Of a stretch of 64,000 nucleotides of DNA, positions 50,849 to 60,800 are shown piece after piece (position 1 is the stretch's first letter; every line of letters begins with the position of its first letter). The DNA comes from Chlorokybus atmophyticus (lineage: Eukaryota > Plantae > Mesostigma and Chlorokybus algae). Both the position numbers and the translations under genes were made by a program. Location: the NCBI GenBank assembly GCA_009103225.1, contig RHPI01002048.1:299702-363701 (forward strand), given 5' to 3'. The notes under the pieces were generated by a model, which ran no database searches, was not told the DNA's origin, and saw only the letters and a program-made list of their open reading frames with translations.

Positions 50849-52577
50849 ATGATGTCGGCGGCAGCAGTTGAATCACCCTCACCTAGGAGACCATGCTTGG
50901 TGTGCCCACAATGCAATGCGTACGTATGTGCCAATGGCCGTAGGCAGCAAATGCGAGCACACTTGACCGAATGCCAGAGAGTGCAGACAGTGTGCCACGG
51001 TTTTAGTGCTGCTTGTTGGCATCACACCACACACAATGTCGACGTGTTTGGCTGCCGCCTCGGCCAAGTGCTGTGCAAGAAACCCGAGTTTTTCCATTGC
51101 GTGCAGTGCGTGTGCGAATCGTGCTCGCGCTCATGCTTCGAGTGGCGAGGGGAACCCATGCGCTTCTTCACATGGACAACACCGGGACATGTGGTTAGTG
51201 GACAGGTGGTGGATGCTGAGGAGGTAATCCACAAGAGTGGACCGCGACGTATCACTGCATGTTATGTTGGGCGTATGCTTATTTCATGCATGTTGAAGCT
51301 GTTGTCGCATTTACAGCAATCTTGCACGGTGTGGGCGTGGGCAGTTCTATCCCCTGGCCGCTGTAGAGGAGGCAGACCATCGACCATTGCACAGCGCACT
51401 GCATCGGCTGCGGAACGCAGTTCAGTTGGGATGCGAGCAGCTGATTGGTGTGAGTGTCATGGTGCATTAGCCGCTGGACGGGGAATGGTATGCGGGCGTT
51501 GTGGAATCATTCAAGCAAGCGTCAGGTCAGCATCGCTTCGTGGCGTGCGAGATTCAAGACGCATCATATATGCATGGTGCAATGGAAAATGCCTTTGCAG
51601 GGCAGCACCGTATAGTATTCGATGACGGTGATCGACCACAAACCATCAACTTCAAAGGGCACAACGTACTCGCGTACACATCAGTTGACGGGGCACGCCA
51701 TGTTCTGCGCGCCGGAGGGGAGAACGTCAGTCGCAAAGTAAGCCCGGACGACATCATTGTTAGTCCCTGGCCAGCACCACGGCCAGCCTTGACCACATAC
51801 ACGCCATTTAACAACAAGCTGGGACGCACATGAAGACCAAGGGCACTCGACCTATTCTGCGGCGGTGGCGGTGCCAGTGTCGGTCTATACCATGCAGGCT
51901 TTGACCTGACCGGGATGGACATAAGTCCCTCCTCTGAGTACCCGCTGCCCTTCATACACCGCGATGTATGCACCCTGAGTGCAAGAGAGCTGAGCGAGTA
52001 CGAGCTCATTTGGGTCAGTCCACCATGCCAGGCCTATTCAGGTGCTATCCCGGCACCTCAACGGGCGGCACATGGCACATTCTGGAGACACCAGGATATG
52101 ATACCGCTCGTCCGACGTCTGCTGCTTTCAAGCCAGGTCAAGTTTGTGATTGAGAATGTGCCAGGAGCAGCTTCCTCATTCAGACCCAATCTGTCCCTTT
52201 GTGGCACGATGTTTAGCCTATCAACTTTCCGACACCGTCTGTTTGAGACACAGCCAGTGGTAGCTACCCCACCAGCACGCTGCTCGCACGCGGGCAAGGC
52301 AGTTGGACTGCTATCGCCGCACCTGTCCGCTAGCGCGAAGAAGACAATCGTGACATCAAACGCGCCACAGCAGATGTACCCGGTCTATGGCCTTTCAAGC
52401 ACCAGGGGCGGCATTGCTGCGTGGCAAACAGCGCTGGGAGTGCCATGGATGACCTCGGCCGTTTCCATAGCGAATGCAGTTCCTCCCGCAATGGCGGAGT
52501 GCATAGGGCGTCTCATGCTTGAAACAATGGATATGCGCTGTGACTACCCTCCTGTGTCATGGAACTATGAGGCTTGA
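50849..52577 (+). pseudogene. Zinc finger-Tudor-C5 cytosine DNA methyltransferase fusion; two in-frame stops (TAG 51468, TGA 51831)
   Basis: CPQC...RAHLTEC at the N-terminus. Tudor LIGVSVMVH*PLDGEWYAGVVESFKQASGQHRIVFDDGD (intron 51526-51600). MTase motifs I LDLFCGGGGAS, II GMDI, IV SPPCQAYS, VI IENVPG, VIII FRHRLF and X IANAVPPAM all lie in one frame. Confidence 0.85.
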
Positions 52578-52783
52578 GTGTGGTGCACTGTATTAATGAT
52601 GCTTAATGCCACACGGCGGACTGATTGTTGAATGTTGCATGGATCATTCGATTGTGGTGACAGTTGTGCAGTGACAGCTGCCCGGTATTGTATACGTCCA
52701 CATGCAAAAGTCTTAGCATACGATTAGCAATGCCTGACTGACTGATATGCCCCAAACTCAGAGTAGTGAGACAAGTACATGTG

Positions 52784-55700
52784 TCACGTGGAAGTGCAAT
52801 GAACGTTCACCCAATACTTGCCCTCTTGTACACGGGCGCTGTCCTTGTTAAACATGGGGAGCAGCTGGACAATGCCTTTTACTTGCTGCAGTGTCACGAC
52901 ATCGAGATGTGGACCGCCTCGACGCTTTTCCCATTCCAGAGCGATGCACTTTGTGTCGCTCATCACATCCAGCTTCGTGTACCAGCGGACAAACACGACC
53001 TCCTTCCACACGCGCTCGCCGCTACCACCCCACACCACCACGCGCAGAAAAAGGAGTGCCTGAGCCCACCACGTCACGTTCACACCGTCCTCATCACCTT
53101 CCAACTCAAGTGTAGAGAACCAAGGCCGCCCATGGAACATCCCAGTTGCGCGCGCCATGCTGACTCCTGATGTCATGTACACCGCTGCGCCTCCGTTCAC
53201 CACGCGAACAGCACGCCACCCGTCAGCCAACTCCAGTTGTTCCCTCCTCAACCAGCTGTCTAGGGTGGCAGGCAGCTTGTCGGCGAATGGAGTCTTCAAG
53301 GCGACTTGGCGGCTACGCGCAGATCCGCTCCAGTACGGGCTGGACTCCCTCCTTGTCAGCACATCCATCCGTAGCAACTTGTCCGTCTTCTCCATGACAT
53401 TACAGCACTGCTGCCGCGCCTGCGCCATGACCGAGCGCATCTCGGGATCCACGACCATGCCATCCTCTTTCACATATTCCGCACAGCTCCATGCCTTCAG
53501 GATACGTGCCTGGTGGTCCCGGTTGTTGCCACCATGCGCCCACCGTTTGATATTTTGGGCGTGCGTCTGCTCCATGCGCTTGGCGCTGAACCAATCTGGG
53601 TGTCCACTGCGGACAATTGCCGGCCCAAAATGAGTGAGCTGATGCATCTTCTCGATCTTCCAACCTGACTTCTGTGCAGAATATGACGACAGTAGCGGAT
53701 GCAACACTGCAGCTTTGAAGGCAGCCAGCTCGTTGTCGGATGTGGTCAGGGTCTCTCTTGTGTGTTCATGAGCCTTCAGCAACTTCTTGTTCCACTGGGC
53801 AAGCGATGTGGCAGCAATGGTGAAGAAATCGTTGCCCTCACTGTCGAGCAGCAAACCGTCTGCGAGGACCGGCAGCAGCTGCAGCACCGCCACTTTCTCC
53901 ACCACCTGAAAGGAGTGGTCGGACAGGAAGAAATCTACTGTGCTTGTGGGTGCCTTGAAGTGCGAAACCCGCAGAGAAACTCGCCTTGCATGCATTTAGC
54001 CTGTGCACATCTGCTCGTGAGCACGTGTTGTTGGCTTTTGTGTTCAACACAAAAGCAACACCAAAGACGTGCCTGGCCTGCAGAATCTGTCTCGTGGATG
54101 GACGCATTCGTTCCTTCGCGGCGTCGAACACAGCAGCAAGCAGGTGGTCAATGATGCCTCCCAGCACATGCATTGCGTCAGGGGCAAGACGAGAGTAGCA
54201 GTCAGCTCCCGGCACCCGCGACTGTCGCCAACCCCACAATGCATTCTGTTGCCAAACCACATTGCCTGGTTTCACGGAAAGCCATTCATCCTTACGAATG
54301 CCGATAATTTGACCATTACCTCCTCGACAAGCATGGAGTGCTGCTCTTTGAAAGCCTTGGCTGTCTGGCGTGCATTCCTAACACCGCTATGCAGGTCCGC
54401 CCGCAGCTGACATATTGCTGGTGTGTAGAAGGCCTCGGTTCTCAATTCCCGGTCCTCATCCATCTCCAACAGATCTGATTTGGTGACGAGACAAACATCG
54501 CAAGGATGTCGTGTTTGGTTGCCCGACACAGTGCGTGCGAGTGTGGCAGTCTCCTACCACACGACAAACTCAGATATTCTACTGACAACATCCTCCATGC
54601 ACTGTTTGCTGGCAGGCTGCATCCGGTTACAACCATTCATGCCCACAACCTGCAAATCGCTAATGTAGTTAGCAAGCGTGGGAAACACACGACGCTCGAT
54701 GCATTTCGGGTCGATGAGCTGCAGACCTTCCCAACTCGCCCGCTTCACATCCCCTAACACTACATTCAAAGCGTCATGAAAAATCTCACGTTTTTGAATG
54801 GAGAACGATTCCTTGCCCTGCGCTCAGGTGGGATGCCCGGCCACTGCGTGAACCACCGGCAGAAGCGCTATCATAACAACCCCCATGTTGCTAGCATACA
54901 TGTCCCAACTGTAGTTGGCAAGCGATGCCATCAGAGGGTAGCCAGAGCGCTTGCCCGCGCTGTCCAGCGTGGTCTTGTCACTGTACAGAATGGCAGGCGC
55001 CAAGTAGGACGCTTCCCCCACCTCTCTCCTCAAATCCACCTCCACATCCTTCCACCAATCGCCCGTGGAAGGATGGCCAAAGCTGTGCTCGTCACCAGTG
55101 TACTGGAGATTGAAGCCATTGGCGGCATGTGGATTGCCATACAACCGCGCGAGCCATACCTGCTCCGACCAAGAGCATTACTTACTATGCTGGCCTCAGA
55201 ATAGATACTGCATCGATACTGCATTAGGTACTGCATTTCACAGACCTTGGCCGGCATATATGTGACGCAGATGTCCTGATCCTCAGGGTCTCCAGGCTTG
55301 CGCAGGTCAGCCGTCACGTAGTTCTGATACGGCAGCACACTCGCATGTGCATATGTGACATGGCTCTGATGGTTGAAGCACATGCACCGCACACCGTGAA
55401 CACACCTCAGACTGAGAGAAAGCAATCGTGGTCCGGAGGTAGCTGGCCGCATGCACACCGGTCTCCCACTGGAGCTCTTCCGTCAGGAAGTGTGCATTTC
55501 GGATGCACTTGATGATCCGCCCCATGTCGGAGGCCGACAGGCCTTGGCCGTTGTTGCACTGCACGAATGCCACTGCAAGAGCATGCTCCGAGCCATACCA
55601 CCTGGATTCCGACGCGTGCGAAGGGACGCCTCCACTTCCATGTTGGCGTGCCACAGGTTTCTCAGGCACACGCACACATCGAAAGCCCTCGTTCACTTCC

Positions 55701-55930
55701 TCCTCCTCCTGTTGCTGCTGTGCGTGTGTCTCCTGGAGGAATCCTTCAGCATCAAGCATGTGAGCATCCTGGATCGAACTCCCCGGTTCAACATGACCCG
55801 CATCGTACTGTAATGGACGCTGGCCGACATACAGCTTGATCTGCTTGCACACCCTGCTGCTAATAATGTGCATGTAGACCGAGCTGCGTGTGGCGAAGCG
55901 CATGTGGCAATACGGACAAAGGACTCCCAT
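52784..55930 (-). pseudogene. Plavaka-family transposase with N-terminal C2H2/C2HC finger; interrupted by a stop and frameshift(s)
   Basis: CPYCHMRFATRSSVYMH, WLARLYGNP, HPSTGDWW...PAILYSDKTTLD...GYPLMASLAN...ALLP, FFHDALNVVL...RRVFPTLANYISD, CDVCLV, PDAMHVLGGIIDHL, KMHQLTHFGPAIVRSG...SAKRMEQTH..NIK, RATGMFHGRPWFS...VFVRWY. These are the conserved blocks of Plavaka transposases as recalled from fungal members. Confidence 0.82.
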
Positions 55931-56087
55931 ATCTCACTACTAACGTCGACACAGGTGTCGCCAATGTAACCTGCATCATATCCAGCAACACGCACACCCG
56001 CCGCCGCCGCCGCCGCCGCCACCGCCACCGCTACCGCTACCCTTGCATGCCAGAGGCGGGAAACTTGGCCGCCAGTCACTGGCTCCG

Positions 56088-56258
56088 TCGTACCATTATA
56101 ATGGTACGATCGAGCCATTGCACGTCCAGGGTGAGTCTCTGGATATATATATATACATATATATTCTGATTGAACCGTTTCAATGGTACGAAGATGCCTT
56201 TGCCAAAAGGTATAGGCATTGTACAAAGGTACCATTGAAATGGTACCTTTGTACAATG
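56088..56258. promoter_or_regulatory. Palindrome TCGTACCATTATAATGGTACGA (56088-56109) and 20-bp-stem hairpin CATTGTACAAAGGTACCATT-GA-AATGGTACCTTTGTACAATG (56217-56258)
   Basis: Seen directly. Located between the transposase start (55930, -) and the orphan ORF at about 56420 (+). Confidence 0.55.
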
Positions 56259-56421
56259 GCAATGGCAGTTCGTACCATTGACAACTCTGGCAATGTCAGT
56301 CCCCCTGCGCATGAAAACACCATTGATAGCTCCGCCAAGCTATGCCCTTACAGGGGCGTGATGCCGAGGGTATGTGGCGTTTGGAAGATCGTTGGCGGCG
56401 CTGCCAGGGGCGTAGTGGGCA

Positions 56422-57295
56422 TTGTGGTCGAGGTCCGGGATGAATTCCATGTTCGCACAGGGCGGGCAGGGTGCCGGAGGGGTGTCCTCGGTGTCAAACC
56501 CCACCAAGACTACCAAGGGCACATCCAATGACAACAGTGACTCGGGCGATATCTTACAGGGCTCCCCCTCCGAGTGGGCAAAGGCACACCACAATACTGC
56601 CTCTAAGAAAATCCGACCCACCAGCAGCTGCGACCACGGCGACATGATTGAAGGGACCAAACAAGACTGGCATAACCAAGGTGGGTTACGATGCACTGTC
56701 AATGCCACATGCTAGGGTTCTTTTATCTTGCACATGCACAGCCTCAAGTATCTTGCACTTGACATACATTGTCAATACGACATGCACACCCTCATGCACA
56801 ACCTCCAGTGTCATGCACATGAACAGCATGACCAATCTCGCAAATGCACAGCCTATTTCTACTTGCGGGAGCTCACAAGTCGCAAAAGAGAAGCTGCGGA
56901 GTCAAACGAACGGGTAATCTATGACCTAGTTTAATGTTTCCAGCGGTAATTAAGCAGTATGCTTGCAGATTGCCATGTTGGTCAGAGTGAACCAAGAGCA
57001 GCGCGGCAGGCTGACTGTCTGCCTGGCGGAGTGCAACAAAGCGGAAGACGAGGTAAGCGTGTGTATGCTGATGGGCTAGTCCTCTGGCAGCACGCCACTC
57101 TTACAGCATTACCAAATGCAGGTGGTCACTCTCAAAGCGACCATCAAGCGCATGCGCGTGCACGGCAAGGCGCTGACATTCAAGCTGAAGGACGAAGTAG
57201 CCGCTGTACTGTCAGCGAGCGAGGCAGCGGATGAAGATGACTCCGGCGTTGAAGCAGAAGACTCGTCGGAGGAAGAACAGGAGGAGGGGGTTTGA
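56422..57295 (+). CDS. Small spliced orphan cargo gene with basic/coiled-coil middle and acidic tail
   Basis: Likely exons MFAQGGQGAGG...KQDWHNQ / ELTSRKREAAESNERVIYDL / ...QVVTLKATIKRMRVHGKALTFKLKDEVAAVLSASEAADEDDSGVEAEDSSEEEQEEGV*. The exon structure is uncertain. Confidence 0.35.
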
Positions 57296-57499
57296 GGAGG
57301 AGTTCTGAGGCAGGCACCACGGGTTGACAAGCTGCGCATGAGTCCGACAGCTAGACTCAATGTTATAGGGTAGTTTCATGCGCAAGTCGGCTGCTCAGTT
57401 GTAAGTGGACATACTCTCACCACTGCCCGTACATTGTATATATTGTGGGCTTTTAGGTGCAAGACCAAACAATCAGTCCAAGGTTTGTACAAGCTGCAT

Positions 57500-57862
57500 G
57501 GCATGTTAGTGTTGGCTTACGGCAAGAATTGCCAACTTTTGTCAAACGGCAAGGGTCACATATTAACAGCAGTGTAACGGCAAAGAAACTGCCGGCTATT
57601 GCTGTCAGCTGTCCGTAACTACCGGCTAACGGCCGTCTGTGCACATCGACCAAAGGGTAACTGGTTGACAACTCTCGGCCGGTTATGGCCATTGACAACC
57701 ACTTTCGGCCCGCGGCCGTCTGCGTCAGTTCACTTAAGCCAACGGCAAACCCAACAGTTCAAAAGTAATATTCCAGGCAGCGACAGGCAGGCTCAGGCAG
57801 GCTCAGGCACCAGTCAGTCCCTCAGTCAGTCCTTAGTCAGTCACCGTGTAAAATTTGCGACG
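57500..57862. repeat. Right subterminal region of the Plavaka element: dispersed AACGGC motifs and CAGT/CAGGC short repeats
   Basis: (A/T)ACGGC recurs at about 57519, 57546, 57577, 57628 and 57741. The same motif occurs next to the left terminus (ctgccgtc about 43354, aacggccgt about 43377). Confidence 0.6.
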
Positions 57863-60800
57863 ATAGCGACCACCCAGATGCTCCTTTTCGCGTGCAACTC
57901 CAGCGCTGAAGGTGAGTGCATTTCTTCCTTGCTGTCGCCAACTTCATTCCATATACCTTGTGCTATTGTGTGGAACGCTTGGCGAAGTGCCTGCAGGTCC
58001 CCTGTCGAGGCTGCGACACCATTGGTGTCGTAAAAGATGCTAGCAGCACTATTGTAGCTTGGGAAAACTACTTTGTGCTTTGCGAAGTATGCGCACCCGA
58101 TGAGGCGCATCAAGACTGCAATGCACTCATGCTCATTGAGGTCAGAACAGCGTGTGATAAACTCTGTTTCTCTTGCAAGTACATCTGATTAGAAATAGAT
58201 CTTGCTGATGCCTGCAAAATAGTTGGTTTAGTCGCATCCCGTGCCCGTGAAGAATTGCAGCAAGAAGTACATCTGATGGTGTGATGTGGCGTAGTTGTGG
58301 AATCTGAGCCAAGTGAGTGTATAGGGCCGACAGGTCGATGAAGGGAGCCCTTGCAGTGCAGTGGGAGTTGGAAGAATACTTTGCGTTCTGAGGTCTGCCA
58401 CTGCTCCAGAGCGGACAGCCCTATGATCGACACATCTGTGTCTGATGAGTAGATGAGAGCAGTTGGGTAACCACACAGCAGAGCATGGAGCCATACTCTG
58501 CTGTCTGCTTCCGCATGGTTGCACTGATACGCACTGCTTTTAAAAGATTGGAGACCATTGACCGTTTGTGCTACCACTCTCGCATTGTAGGCAAGGGAGC
58601 CTGACCCATCAGCAATGATGATGGTTTGGCCAAGTCTCAGATAAGGAGATACCAGCTCAGGTAAGTGCGTTGTCAAGAGGCAGCACAGGCTACGCTTCGT
58701 AGTGCGGACAGCAAGCAGATCCCGTCAGCACCTGGGGACCTCGCTCTCCAGAGTTAAGGTGCGTGTTGATCTGCCAGCACCACTGTCTCTGCAAGACTGC
58801 AGGCTTCTTTTGACGCCAATGGCGTGTGCAGGATCGTCAAACACCACGTGCAGGGATCGGACGCTGGGGTTGAATAAACGAGGGAGCAAGCAAGTGCGAA
58901 CTATATGAAGCAGATAGTCCCGCATTGTGACCACACCTGTGCTGAAGCCTTTGTTGGTGATGAACATGCCTCTAGTGATAATGGCTTGCACACCTGGTGG
59001 GTGTTTGAGCACCTGGAACGTTGGGCATGTGGTACTTAAGAGGTTGAGGAACTTGGCCTTGTCCCCCTTCCTCATGTCTCCCTTTTTTGTCAAGATAGCC
59101 TTTGGGATGGCCTAATAAGATGCAATCACTGCCTCCACCGGAGCACCAGATTTTGCCAACTTCTTCAAGACGAGTGTCTTGGTTTCTTGCATGCGTTGCA
59201 ATGCCCTCCCTTTCTGCACAATTGCTTTTTCACTTGCATACTCTTGAGTCCAAACCTCCTGCCTATGTTGACTTCATGCATCTCATGGCAATGCACTGCT
59301 TTGACAAACAGCGGGAACTGGTCATGCCCAAGTGCGTAGTGCTTGCCTAGGTGAGCTGTTGCGGATGGGCTGGCTTCCCTTCCAGTCACGATGAACGAGT
59401 TGTGCTTCGCGGTGGACACTGAGCACCTCAGATGTCTCCAGAAGATGCAGCATGGCTTCCACATTAATAGTAGTTTTGTCGCTTGGCATTATGACTGTGT
59501 CAACAGGTGCTGCAGTGTCCTCCTTAATTCTCATCACGTGCAGCAGCCTCTTCAGCCCCACAGCTCGGTGGGACACATGAGCGGTTTTGCGTGTCATGTA
59601 ACCAGGATTTAGTCTTGTCAGCGTGCTGTTCAGATCCTTGTTGATCAAGCACTCGTGGGCCTCATCTTGCGCCACATTGCTGCTACTCTTGCCCGTGATG
59701 CTGATTGTGAAGGCACCCTGCTGCAGTTGCTCCAGTATATCAGGTTGCTGAATGTCCACTAAGTGCTGACTCATGAGGCGCTGGTAATGTGGTCTATCCC
59801 ATGCGAAGGATAGCGGAGAGAGCGCCTTGTATGATGCAACACGCAAGTCCCATTGGCTGGTGCGCAGGGTAAAGTACAACGCCAGATACGCTGCGGCATC
59901 ACAGGTGGTGAAGTTCCACCACAATGCCCAAGTAGCATCCTCCTCCGCTCTGTTGGCACCATAGAACGAAGAACTCAGTGCAGTGTCTGGGGTTATTGAG
60001 GTCGATGTCCTCCTGACTAAAAATGCCAAGTTTCTCCAATATACCTGAGTGAGATTGCATGAACATGTAGAGCTGCTACCTATAGATGCCCTCCCAGCAC
60101 TGCAACATGTATGCGTGCATGCGCTTCCAATTGGAACCCTCTGCCAGCATGTTGCGTGCAGGGATACCAGCACACACACACACATCTCGTCCAGTCATGC
60201 ATCCAAATACACTTTGAAGAGGACAGGTAACAAGTTGTACATAGCGTGCCAGTCGCCTAGGAGTAGGAGCAGCAAGTCCCAGTAGCCAGGTTGAGTGTGC
60301 TTGAGTGTTGTCATAAGGCTGAACGTTTTTTGATCCTCCGCCACTAACACCTTACAACCTGTCAGATCAACACGAAGTTGCTCGTGCAACTCAACAGGGC
60401 AAATTTCAAGTGGTTTGGCTTGTCCGGGGTGAAGGGCAGTAGCGGCATGTAACACACCTGATTGGCAGAGGCAGCGTCCCCACCTCCCAATAGGGATTAC
60501 AGCACATCCTTCAGCTTGTCTTGATTGAGCTCAGGCACTTCAGTCCTCTTTCACACAGTGTTGTGCAACGCCATTTGAAAACTGGCAAAGCTGTCAGCTT
60601 CGTTATGTGTCTGACATGTAATCTGCTCGCTTGCAGGTGGTGGCATGTTAGTGCGAGGCCTGGGCAGCTGTGGAGGTAATTTTGCTGTGTGGTTGATGTG
60701 GAAACATACCAGCTTGTGACAGAGTCCTGAACCTTTGCGGGCACCTCTTCCATGCGCACCGATCCAAAGTGTGCAGGCTTGGGTATAGCAACGTGAGTGG

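Larger units (their letters stand above)
43335..57862. mobile_element. 14,528-bp Plavaka-type DNA transposon with cargo genes
   Basis: Left end CGTCGCAATATGTTTT (43335), right end AAAATTTGCGACG (57862). AT dinucleotide is duplicated on both sides (43333-43334, 57863-57864). Subterminal repeats lie at both ends. It contains a Plavaka transposase, and its removal restores the host ORF. Confidence 0.88.

Noticed and set aside
44700-54300. Alternative genetic code (TGA = Trp) in the element
   Set aside because: TAG also replaces an expected Trp, frameshifts co-occur, and TGA is the normal stop of neighbouring genes. Decay explains the pattern better.
43335-57862. Endogenous giant virus or prophage as the source of the MTase/OTU/RING cluster
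   Set aside because: No capsid, packaging ATPase, DNA polymerase or other viral hallmark was seen. The genes have spliceosomal introns, and the block has transposon TIRs, a TSD and a transposase.
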